Positions 27,859-37,566 of a stretch of DNA of 64,000 nt are shown here, piece by piece (within the stretch, counting starts at the first letter, position 1; each line of letters begins with the position of its first letter). Source of the DNA: Actinomycetota bacterium (lineage in GTDB: Bacteria > Actinomycetota > Actinomycetes > JAKEEW01). The translations under genes and the position numbers were made by a program. The stretch covers positions 36,816 to 100,815 of the forward strand of contig JBKPTD010000080.1 of the NCBI GenBank assembly GCA_046735375.1, in the 5' to 3' direction. The notes below the pieces were generated by a model. It did not search any database. It saw nothing but the letters and a program-made list of their open reading frames with translations, and was not told the DNA's origin.

Positions 27859-29631
27859 TTAGAGGTATTGACCGGTGTTCGCGACCGTGTCGATGGACCG
27901 GCCGGCCTCGACTCCTTGCTTGCCGCTGATGAGGGTGCGGATGTAGACGATGCGCTCGCCCTTCTTGCCGGAGATGCGGGCCCAGTCGTCGGGGTTGGTG
28001 GTGTTGGGCAGATCCTCGTTCTCCTTGAACTCGTCGACGCATGCGGCGAGCAGGTGCGAGATGCGCAGCCCCTTTTGGTGGACCTCGAGGAAGTCCTTGA
28101 TGGCCATCTTCTTGGCCCGGTCGACGATGTTCTGGATCATCGCCCCGGAGTTGAAGTCCTTGAAGTAGAGGACCTCCTTGTCACCGTTGGCGTAGGTGAC
28201 CTCGAGGAACCGGTTCTCCTCGATTTCGGAGTACATCCGCTCCACAGTGCGCTGGATCATGGCGTGGACGGTGCCGTCGCGCGCGCCACCGTTCTCTGCG
28301 AGGTCGTCGGCGTGCAGCGGTAGCTCGACTGTGACGTACTTCGAGAAGATGTCGCGGGCAGCCTCGGCGTCCGGCCGTTCGATCTTGATCTTCACGTCCA
28401 GGCGCCCCGGGCGGAGGATCGCCGGATCGATCATGTCTTCGCGGTTGGATGCACCGATGACGATGACGTTTTCCAGACCCTCGACACCGTCGATCTCGCT
28501 GAGCAGCTGCGGCACAATCGTGTTCTCCACATCCGAGGACACGCCCGACCCGCGGGTACGGAACAGCGAGTCCATCTCGTCGAAGAACACGATCACCGGC
28601 GTGCCCTCGCTGGCCTTCTCACGTGCCCGCTGGAAGACCAGCCGGATGTGCCGCTCGGTCTCGCCGACGTACTTGTTGAGCAGCTCTGGGCCTTTGATGT
28701 TGAGGAAGTAGGACTTGCCCTCGCCTTGCCCGGTGGCCTCCGCGACCTTCTTGGCCAGCGAGTTGGCGACCGCTTTGGCGATCAGCGTCTTGCCGCAGCC
28801 CGGTGGACCGTAGAGGAGCACACCCTTCGGTGGGCGGAGCTGGTGCTCACGGAAGAGATCGGGATGGAGATAGGGAAGCTCGATCGCGTCGCGGATCTGC
28901 TCGATCTGAGCCGCCAGGCCGCCGATCGACTGGTAGTCGATGTCGGGCACTTCCTCCAGGATCAGCTCTTCGACCTCGGACTTTGGAATCCGCTCGTAGA
29001 TATAGCCGGACCGCGACTCGAAGAGCAGCGAGTCGCCGGCTCGCAGCGGTGCGTCTCGCAGCGGCTCCGCGATCCTCGCGATCCGCTCATCGTCGGTGTG
29101 GCCGATGACAAGGGCGCGGTCACCATCGGCGAGCACCTCCTTAAGCATCACGACCTCGCCGACCTGCTCCCACCCCATCGCCTCGACGACGTTGAGCGCC
29201 TCGTTGAGCATGACCTCCTGGCCGTGGCGAAGCTTGTCGACCTCGACGTTGGGACTAACTGTCACACGCAGCTTCCGGCCGCCCGTGAAGACGTCGACGG
29301 TGCCGTCCTCGTTCGCCACGAGGAAGATCCCGAATCCTGCTGGCGGCTGGGCCAGCCGGTCGATCTCCTCCTTCAGCGCGATGATCTGATCCCGCGCCTC
29401 CTTCAGCGTCGCGACCAGCCTCTCGTTCTGGGCGGTCACCGCCGACAGATTGGCCTGGAGCTCGACCAGACGATCCTCCATCGCGCGCACTTGACGCGGC
29501 GACTCCGCGAGCTTGCGCCGCAGGACCGCGACCTCCTGCTCGAGGAAGGACACCTGGTTGGCGAGATCGTCTGTGTGACGTCCCTGCCAGCTACGGCGGG
29601 ACTGGTCTTCACTGGCGGGCACGGCCCTCAC
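27859..29631 (-). CDS. arc: Proteasome-associated AAA ATPase ARC/Mpa
   Basis: N-terminal coiled coil, OB domains, Walker A GPPGCGKT, and the C-terminal proteasome-docking motif GQYL. An alternative GTG at 29622 has better SD spacing. Confidence 0.95.
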   Translation of the reverse strand: MRAVPASEDQSRRSWQGRHTDDLANQVSFLEQEVAVLRRKLAESPRQVRAMEDRLVELQANLSAVTAQNERLVATLKEARDQIIALKEEIDRLAQPPAGFGIFLVANEDGTVDVFTGGRKLRVTVSPNVEVDKLRHGQEVMLNEALNVVEAMGWEQVGEVVMLKEVLADGDRALVIGHTDDERIARIAEPLRDAPLRAGDSLLFESRSGYIYERIPKSEVEELILEEVPDIDYQSIGGLAAQIEQIRDAIELPYLHPDLFREHQLRPPKGVLLYGPPGCGKTLIAKAVANSLAKKVAEATGQGEGKSYFLNIKGPELLNKYVGETERHIRLVFQRAREKASEGTPVIVFFDEMDSLFRTRGSGVSSDVENTIVPQLLSEIDGVEGLENVIVIGASNREDMIDPAILRPGRLDVKIKIERPDAEAARDIFSKYVTVELPLHADDLAENGGARDGTVHAMIQRTVERMYSEIEENRFLEVTYANGDKEVLYFKDFNSGAMIQNIVDRAKKMAIKDFLEVHQKGLRISHLLAACVDEFKENEDLPNTTNPDDWARISGKKGERIVYIRTLISGKQGVEAGRSIDTVANTGQYL

Positions 29632-29789
29632 CTCCCTCGACTGAGCCGCTCGAATCGGCGTCGTATCCCGACCCTACCTTTGGGTACCCCCGTGCAAACA
29701 TCATCGGCGGCCAGTGGCTCGCGGAGACCGCGACCGTCCTGGGCGAGAATCCACCTGCCTTGCTCGTGATCTGCGGTGCACGCCGGCGA

Positions 29790-30830
<1,041 letters not shown>

Positions 30831-32006
30831 TCAGCCAGCGTGTGCGAAGGCTCGCTCGACGTCCTTGGTCGCAAGAACTCCGAAGATGTCGCCACCCTGT
30901 TCGAGGACGAGGTATTCACTGGCAGGCGTCGCCTGCATCGCGCGTACCAGGTCTTCGCCGCTGAGTTCGGCGGAGAGGACGAGGCCCGGCTCGATGGAGC
31001 GAGCGACCGAGGCCACTGAAACCCATGGCCGGCGATGTTCCGGCGTTGCGCTCACCGATGCCTCGTTGACGAGCCCAGAGGGCGCGCCGCCGCCGTCGAC
31101 GATCACGAGTCCGCCCGCACCGGCCTCCCTGGCTCGACGCAGGGCCTCGGACAACGGCAGGTCCCCGGTCACCGGAATCGCCCGACGCGTCAGGCTCCGG
31201 GCCTGAAGCGATGGCAGCCGCTCGCGCAGTCGCTGATGGGCCAGCGAGGCCGTCGCGGCAGTCCAGATGAACGAGGCGAGAAGTGCTGCCCACAGGACGT
31301 TGACGAGGTCGATCTCTCTGTTCTGGATCTGCGCGAAGACGAACGGCGACGCGATGACCAGGAGAGCGACGACACGCCCACCCCACGCAGCTGCGATTGT
31401 GCCGAGATTCGGTCGGCCAGTGACGGCCCAAACCAGAGCGCGCAGCACACGGCCGCCGTCGAGCGGCAGCCCGGGGAGCAGGTTGAAGACGCCGACCAGG
31501 ATGTTCGATGCGGCAAAGGCGGCGATAATCAGGCCTTCCTTGGTGTCCGGGTCTGTGCCCCGGTAGCCGATCAACGCGCCTATTCCGAGAAGCAAGGAAA
31601 CCAACGGTCCGACGACGGCCACCGCGAACTCGCGCCACGGCGTCTCAGGCTCGCGCTCCAGCTCGGAAGCGCCGCCGAGCAGCTGGAGGACGATCCGCCG
31701 CACGGGCAGGCCGAAGAGTTTTGCGACCACCGAGTGCGCCAGCTCATGCAGCAGGACAGATGCAAGGAGGAGGATCGCGAAGCTGGCGGTCACCACATAA
31801 AGCACGCCTCCGCCAGCATCAGGTAGGCGGTCCCTGACGGTCGGGGCGAATCCGATCATGATGAGGATCGCCAGACCGATCGAGCTCGGCGTAATGAAGA
31901 CAGGAATGCCGAACGGACGGCCCAACGACAGCCCGGGCGGGGGTTGGCTCGGCGGCTGCTCCTCGGCGGTCGTGCGCCCAGCCGGCGTGCCTCGGTCACC
32001 GCTCAC
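30831..32006 (-). CDS. Site-2 (M50) metalloprotease with C-terminal CBS pair
   Basis: HELAHS zinc motif, NLLPGLPLDGG, multiple TM segments, and a CBS-like C-terminal half. Confidence 0.85.
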   Translation of the reverse strand: MSGDRGTPAGRTTAEEQPPSQPPPGLSLGRPFGIPVFITPSSIGLAILIMIGFAPTVRDRLPDAGGGVLYVVTASFAILLLASVLLHELAHSVVAKLFGLPVRRIVLQLLGGASELEREPETPWREFAVAVVGPLVSLLLGIGALIGYRGTDPDTKEGLIIAAFAASNILVGVFNLLPGLPLDGGRVLRALVWAVTGRPNLGTIAAAWGGRVVALLVIASPFVFAQIQNREIDLVNVLWAALLASFIWTAATASLAHQRLRERLPSLQARSLTRRAIPVTGDLPLSEALRRAREAGAGGLVIVDGGGAPSGLVNEASVSATPEHRRPWVSVASVARSIEPGLVLSAELSGEDLVRAMQATPASEYLVLEQGGDIFGVLATKDVERAFAHAG

Positions 32007-32121
32007 CCTTTGATGCTATGCGGGACAGCCGTCCTAGGTCGCGTGCGTGCCTGCCGGAATCTGTCTGCGCGCTCCCGTATGGTCGTCGCTGTCGGCAGAA
32101 CGAAGGCCGGGAGGAGGCAGC

Positions 32122-33171
32122 ATGGATCGGCACGCTCCAGCAGGTGTCTCAAGCAGTTCCCTCTCGTCCGGGGCCGGCGGGAGCATTGCCACCCTGCGCG
32201 GCGGCGCCGCCCCACCAAGGGCCGCGGCCGCCGACGTAGCACCGAGCTATGCAGGCCACGACCACACCGAGTCGTCACCTGAGGACGGCGTCCTCGGGGC
32301 CCTGTCACCTTCCCGTGCAAGTGACTTCATGACGTGTCCGCTGCTCTATCGGTTCCGGGTCATTGATCGGCTGCCGGAGCGGCCAGGCCTGGCCGCTACT
32401 CGGGGCACAGTGGTCCATGCGGTGCTCGAGGAGCTGTTCGATCTGCCCGCATTGGACCGAACGCCCGAACGTGCAGGTGTGCTGGTGAGGCCGGCGTGGG
32501 AACGTCTGCTCGCCGCCGAGCCTGACCTTGCCGCGTTGTTCGCCGACGACGCTGACGGGTCTGCTCTTGCGGAATGGCTGTCGAGCGCCGCCGAGTTGGT
32601 GGGTCGCTATTTCACCTTGGAGGACCCACGTCGCCTAGAACCGCGCGAACGAGAGCTCTATGTCGAGACCGCGCTCGACTCTGGGCTGCTGCTGCGCGGT
32701 TATGTCGATCGTCTCGATGTCGCCGACGGCGGTGCGATGCGGGTCGTCGACTACAAGACCGGCCGGGCGCCGGGCGCCGGCTACGAGGCCAAGGCGCTGT
32801 TCCAGATGCGGTTCTACGCCCTGGTCTTGTGGCGGCTACGTGGCGTCGTGCCGCGGCTGCTCCAACTCGTCTATCTCGGTTCGGGCGAGGTGTTGCGTTA
32901 CGAGCCGGACGAGGCCGACCTACGCGCAACCGAGCGCAAGGTCAGAGCCCTTTGGGAGGCGATCACTCGCGCCGTAGAGACGGGCGACTGGCGGGCAAGC
33001 CCGAGCAAGCTCTGCGAGTGGTGTGATCACAAGGTGCGGTGCCCGGCATTCGGGGGGACGCCACCGCCGCTCCCCACGCTGCGGCTCCAACCAGGCCGGG
33101 ATGTTCTTGGCGACGACCTGACCACGGTTGACGCCCCGACGCCGCGGCAAACTCACTTCGACGACGTCTAG
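32122..33171 (+). CDS. RecB-family PD-(D/E)XK nuclease with Cas4-like Fe-S cysteines
   Basis: An N-terminal Cys (MTCPLLYRF) plus the C-terminal CEWCDHKVRCPAF give a four-Cys cluster. The core is DRLD..VVDYKTG. The start is uncertain (ATG 32122 or further downstream). Confidence 0.8.
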   Translation: MDRHAPAGVSSSSLSSGAGGSIATLRGGAAPPRAAAADVAPSYAGHDHTESSPEDGVLGALSPSRASDFMTCPLLYRFRVIDRLPERPGLAATRGTVVHAVLEELFDLPALDRTPERAGVLVRPAWERLLAAEPDLAALFADDADGSALAEWLSSAAELVGRYFTLEDPRRLEPRERELYVETALDSGLLLRGYVDRLDVADGGAMRVVDYKTGRAPGAGYEAKALFQMRFYALVLWRLRGVVPRLLQLVYLGSGEVLRYEPDEADLRATERKVRALWEAITRAVETGDWRASPSKLCEWCDHKVRCPAFGGTPPPLPTLRLQPGRDVLGDDLTTVDAPTPRQTHFDDV

Positions 33172-33204
33172 CTGTTCGGTCAAAGAGATCTCTCCCGGCA
33201 CACG

Positions 33205-33444
33205 CTGACACCGCGCTGGTGCCGGAGGACTGCTGGATGGATGGCAAGGCCGCAGCGAGCCCCCGTCGTGGAGCCACGCGGGCGGGCGAGAACGCAGCCA
33301 GCCGCCGGCAGGACCCGGCAGAGCCTGACACTGCGCGGATGCCGGAGGACTGCTGGATGGATGGCAAGGCCGCAGCGAGCCCCCGTCGTGGAGCTACGCG
33401 GGCGGGCGAGAACGCAGCCAGCCGCCGGCAGGACCCGGCAGACG
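33205..33444. repeat. Tandem direct repeat, 2 x 120 bp, about 96% identical
   Basis: 33221-33320 is repeated at 33341-33440 with a period of exactly 120 bp and only a handful of mismatches overall. Each unit has internal dyad symmetry (GCCGG..GCTGG / CCAGC..CCGGC arms and a central CCCGTCGTGG-agc-CACGCGGG hairpin). Confidence 0.95.
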
Positions 33445-33532
33445 CCTGTTGGGCGTCTCGTACTCAAGCAGGAGAGCCAGGGTCGGCGTCAAGCAGGAGG
33501 GTGCGGCTGCTGCCGAGCCGTACCGTTGGAAC

Positions 33533-34825
33533 GTGGTGCGACCAGGACATCCATCGAAGGTTGTGCGGGCTACCGTTGATACTGCCCGCCGCCTGATCGC
33601 ATGGTTCAAGCGGCACCCGCAAGTCGCCGACGCTCTGTTGGGCGGGGTGCTGCTTCTCTTGGCCGTCCTGACGGTCATCGGCGCGCCCGAATCCGCTCGG
33701 CCGGCAGGTCATGACAAGGAACCTGGCGTCCTCGGATTCGCTCTCATTCTGATCATGACCGTCGCTGTGACCTGGCGGCGCCGGGCTCCCTTCGCGGTCC
33801 TCGCGGTCATCATCGCCGCCGACATCGCCTATTACCAGCTCGGGTTCATGTCGACGGCGGCGGACTTCCTTGCCATTCTGATCATGGCCTACACAGTGGG
33901 CAGCAGACGTCCTGGCTGGCGTGGGGTCCTCGTGCTAGCCACGGCCGTTCTGACCTACTCGGCGGCAGCGATCGCCAAGGACGGAAAAGTCGGCGACTTC
34001 GCGGGTGGGCTGGTCGTCATTGGCGGGAGCTGGGCGATAGGCCGCAATGTGGGCCTGCGGCGGGCGTACATTCACTCGCTCGAAGAGCGCGCGACCCAGG
34101 TCGAACACTTGCGCGAGGCTGAGCTGCGCGATGTCGTCTACGAGGAGCGCGCGCGAATAGCTCGGGAACTGCACGATGTCGTCGCGCACCACGTGAGCGT
34201 GATGACCGTGCAGGCCAGCGCCGCCCTGCGACAGCTCGACCGAGATTCTGATCGAAGCCGTGAGGCGCTGACCTCAGTGGAGGAGGTAGGCCGCGCGGCT
34301 TTGAGCGAGATGCGGCGCATGGTCGGCGTACTCCGTGAGATCAATGCGGAGCGGGCGGGAGAAGGTCCAGACGGCCAGCTGCGTGCGCACGCTTCCGGGC
34401 TCATGCCGCAGCCAGCAATCGCCGACCTCCCTGGGCTCGTGGACCAGATGACTCAAGCAGGTCTTCCTGTCACGCTCACTGTCGAGGGGGGCGGGGGCCC
34501 TGCCCTCTCACCGGGCGTGGAACTCACGGCGTACCGCGTTGTCCAGGAGGCTCTCACCAACACGCTAAAACACGCCGGCCCGGCAGAAGCGGGCGTCCTG
34601 CTCCGGTACGGGCCGCAAGATCTTGTCGTCCAGGTCACCGACTCGGGTCGGGGGCTCGCTGCCGATCTCGGGAGGGAGCGCAATGGCGTCCGGCCGGTGG
34701 GTCACGGTTTGCTGGGCATGCGCGAGCGCGTCGAGCTTTACGGTGGTGCTCTCTTCGCAGGGCCCCGCCGCGGTGGCGGCTATGAGGTTCGTGCCCGCAT
34801 CCCGATCGAACAGGTGAGTGGATGA
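33533..34825 (+). CDS. Sensor histidine kinase (HisKA_3 / DesK-LiaS type)
   Basis: Multi-TM N-terminus, H-box ELHDVVAHHVS, and a HATPase_c domain (LTNTLKHAG..DSGRG..GHGLLGMRERV). Start candidates are 33533, 33536 and 33563. Confidence 0.88.
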   Translation: MVRPGHPSKVVRATVDTARRLIAWFKRHPQVADALLGGVLLLLAVLTVIGAPESARPAGHDKEPGVLGFALILIMTVAVTWRRRAPFAVLAVIIAADIAYYQLGFMSTAADFLAILIMAYTVGSRRPGWRGVLVLATAVLTYSAAAIAKDGKVGDFAGGLVVIGGSWAIGRNVGLRRAYIHSLEERATQVEHLREAELRDVVYEERARIARELHDVVAHHVSVMTVQASAALRQLDRDSDRSREALTSVEEVGRAALSEMRRMVGVLREINAERAGEGPDGQLRAHASGLMPQPAIADLPGLVDQMTQAGLPVTLTVEGGGGPALSPGVELTAYRVVQEALTNTLKHAGPAEAGVLLRYGPQDLVVQVTDSGRGLAADLGRERNGVRPVGHGLLGMRERVELYGGALFAGPRRGGGYEVRARIPIEQVSG

Positions 34826-35505
34826 TCAGGGTTCTGCTCGTCGACGACCAGCCGCTGTTGCGTACGGGCTTTCGGATGATCCTGGACTCAGAGGGCGACA
34901 TCTCCGTTGTCGGCGAGGCGGGAGATGGGGCGAAGGCCGTTGACGAGGTCCGCGCACTGCAGCCAGACGTGGTTCTTATGGACGTCCGGATGCCTCGTAT
35001 GGACGGCATCGAGGCGACGCGCAGGATCGCAGCGGCCGCCGGGTGGCCAAGCACCTACCCCGCCGGGCCAAGGGTGCTCATCCTGACGACCTTCGACCTC
35101 GACGAGTACGTCGTCGAGGGGCTTCGTGCGGGAGCGAGCGGCTTCCTGCTCAAGGACGCTCCGCCCGACGAGCTGGTTAACGCCATCAGGATCGTGGCCC
35201 GTGGCGATGCGATCGTTGCGCCGAGCGTCACCCGCCGCCTGCTCGACCGCTTCGCCTCCCGCCTGCCTTCGGCCGACGCCCCCACGCCCAAAGCTCTTCG
35301 TGACCTGACCGCGCGCGAGCTGGACGTGCTGCGGCTGGTCGCCCGAGGTCTGTCCAACGCCGAGATCGCGGATGAGCTGGTCGTGAGCGAGACCACGGTG
35401 AAGACTCACGTGGGTCACCTTCTGACGAAGCTGCGACTGCGGGACCGAGTCCAGGCCGCGGTCTACGCCTACGAGTCAGGCCTGGTCACCCCGGGAATGC
35501 TCTGA
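34822..35505 (+). CDS. NarL/LuxR-family response regulator
   Basis: REC domain (RVLLVDDQPLL..DVVLMDVRMP) plus a LuxR HTH (LTARELDVLRLVARGLSNAEIADEL). There is an ATGA overlap with the kinase gene. Confidence 0.92.
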   Translation: MIRVLLVDDQPLLRTGFRMILDSEGDISVVGEAGDGAKAVDEVRALQPDVVLMDVRMPRMDGIEATRRIAAAAGWPSTYPAGPRVLILTTFDLDEYVVEGLRAGASGFLLKDAPPDELVNAIRIVARGDAIVAPSVTRRLLDRFASRLPSADAPTPKALRDLTARELDVLRLVARGLSNAEIADELVVSETTVKTHVGHLLTKLRLRDRVQAAVYAYESGLVTPGML

Positions 35506-35591
35506 CCATCACCCGGGCGACGTCATGGACCACCGCTCGATCGGTCGCCGGCCCTCGACTCCGAGCTTGACCACGTGGCATCGCCATGTGG

Positions 35592-36422
35592 TCAGCCGAA
35601 GATCTCCTCGCGGGCGGCCGCGGCGACGGCGGCGACCGCCCGGAAGCAGCGCATGCCATCGCGCATCGACGGCGCGCTGAACGCAACCCTGCACTCCGCC
35701 ATCTCCTCGACGGTCGGAATGTTCGAGGTGGCCAAAGCGAGGTGGGATGCATCGAACTCGATCTCGAAGCGGTGCTCGCGGATCGGCTGCTCAGGCCGGC
35801 GGCCGGCCAGCTGCATGGCCTCTGTCGCTGCCTCCATAATCCACGCCGCGGTCACCGCCGGCGGAGAGCAGATCGCCGCATAACGCGAGATGCACTCCTT
35901 GACCGCCACCACGCGTGCGGCTGGCGCATAGGTCTTGGCGTCGGCGCAGGTCTGATCATCTCCGGTGACGAGAATGACGGGCACGCCGTACTCGGCCGCA
36001 ACGAGGGCATTGAGCAGCCCCTCGCTGGCCAGCTCGCCGTCAATCCAGAAGCCGGTGAGCGAGTTGCCCATGTAGGTGTGGGCGAGGACGCCGTTGCGGC
36101 CGGCGGCTGCGTGGTAGCCGACGAATGCCACGGCGTCGACATCGCGGTCGATGCCTTCCATCATGCCGAGGCGCTTGTGGCGGCCGGTGAGCATCCGCGC
36201 CATGGTGTCGAGATCCTCCACGAGGATGTTTCGCATCGTGTCGTGTGCCTCGTTGACGAGCACATCGCTCGCGCCGCCCGCCCGCAGGCCCGCGATGGCA
36301 GCATTGACGTCGCTGGTCAGCATCCTCCTGAAGCGCTGCCATTGCTCAGTGCCGGGCTCGACGTCGCCCGGCCACGTGACGCCAGACGCGCCTTCCATGT
36401 CGGCGGAGATGAGTACGCGCAT
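35592..36422 (-). CDS. M55-family D-aminopeptidase (DppA-like)
   Basis: MRVLISADMEGASGV..NEAHD motifs are typical of the M55 family. Confidence 0.82.
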   Translation of the reverse strand: MRVLISADMEGASGVTWPGDVEPGTEQWQRFRRMLTSDVNAAIAGLRAGGASDVLVNEAHDTMRNILVEDLDTMARMLTGRHKRLGMMEGIDRDVDAVAFVGYHAAAGRNGVLAHTYMGNSLTGFWIDGELASEGLLNALVAAEYGVPVILVTGDDQTCADAKTYAPAARVVAVKECISRYAAICSPPAVTAAWIMEAATEAMQLAGRRPEQPIREHRFEIEFDASHLALATSNIPTVEEMAECRVAFSAPSMRDGMRCFRAVAAVAAAAREEIFG

Positions 36423-36652
36423 GTGCAGGCCTCCGGATCCACAGCGGGGGGTCATTGGCGGTTAGCGCGCGGGTCGGCACGCTCGGATGCCCGGGATCGT
36501 AATGGGTGGAGGTGGGGGGCTACCCCGACCTGAAATCGGGGTGGTTCCCCGGTGTCGATGACCCACTCCATTGCCTAGCGTCGTGGAGCGAGGTCACTCG
36601 ATGGCAGAGGACCCGGACGCGCAAGGGCGCCGCGTTATCGGAATCAGAGCCT

Positions 36653-36678
36653 CTCCCTCCTTCTCCGGAAGGAGGGAG
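36653..36678. other. Perfect 11-bp stem / 4-nt loop hairpin in a divergent intergenic region
   Basis: CTCCCTCCTTC-tccg-GAAGGAGGGAG lies 86 nt upstream of the ABC ATPase ATG. No T-tract is present. Confidence 0.6.
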
Positions 36679-36763
36679 TCGCCCCGCTGGTACCAGGGAC
36701 CGACGCCGAAGACCGCCCACAGAGCGGAACCGACCACGGCAATCGACTCCTAGGCTTGTGATC

Positions 36764-37549
36764 ATGACATCACCGACAGTTGCACAGCACCGCACGGGCG
36801 CCGAGCCGGATGGCGTGGCAGCTCGGGCAGTGGGATTGAGCAAGCACTATGGCAAGGGCGACACCCGCGTGGTTGCGCTCGATGACGTGAGCGTCGACTT
36901 CTACCGCGGCCAGCTCACGGCGATCATGGGCCCGTCAGGCTCGGGCAAGTCGACACTGCTGCACCTGATGGCTGCCCTCGACGACGCAACGGCCGGCGAG
37001 GTCTACATCGGCGACGTGGAGATCACCCGGTTGGGCGACGGCGACCTGACCAGGCTGCGGCGGGACAAGCTTGGCTTCATCTTCCAGGCGTACAACCTTG
37101 TACCGACGCTGTCCGCAATTGAGAACATCACGCTGCCGATGGATATCGGCGGCCGCAAGCCCGACATTGAGTGGCTGGACACGGTGATCGACACTGTCGG
37201 CTTGCGGGACCGGCTTCGTCACCGTCCGAACGAACTCTCCGGCGGCCAGCAGCAGCGGGTGGCCTCCGCGCGGGCACTCGCGAGCCGTCCGGCCATCATC
37301 TTCGCGGACGAGCCGACCGGCAACCTGGACTCTCGCGCTAGTGCCGAGATCCTTGGATTCCTGCGCCGTTCGGTGCGAGAGATGGGCCAGACGGTCGTCA
37401 TGGTCACCCATGATCCGGTCGCGGCGGCCTATGCCGACCGCGTGCTGTTCCTCGCCGATGGTCGCATCGTCGACGAGATGCTCGACCCGACCGCCGACCG
37501 CGTCCTCGACCGCATCAAGCAGTTCGAGGCGCACGGCCGGCGCAGCTGA
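36764..37549 (+). CDS. ABC transporter ATP-binding protein (MacB/LolD-type)
   Basis: Walker A GPSGSGKST, signature LSGGQQQRVA, and Walker B IIFADEPTGNLD. Confidence 0.93.
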   Translation: MTSPTVAQHRTGAEPDGVAARAVGLSKHYGKGDTRVVALDDVSVDFYRGQLTAIMGPSGSGKSTLLHLMAALDDATAGEVYIGDVEITRLGDGDLTRLRRDKLGFIFQAYNLVPTLSAIENITLPMDIGGRKPDIEWLDTVIDTVGLRDRLRHRPNELSGGQQQRVASARALASRPAIIFADEPTGNLDSRASAEILGFLRRSVREMGQTVVMVTHDPVAAAYADRVLFLADGRIVDEMLDPTADRVLDRIKQFEAHGRRS

Positions 37550-37566
37550 GGGGCGGGTTCACAGAC

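Noticed and set aside
33219-33596. ORFs (125 aa and 112 aa on the plus strand, 95-134 aa on the minus strand) reading through the 120-bp tandem repeat and giving repeated peptides
   Set aside because: The open frames exist only because the period is a multiple of three. The peptide composition is junk-like (Arg/Ala/Pro), and no RBS or family similarity is present. The DNA repeat itself is the feature.
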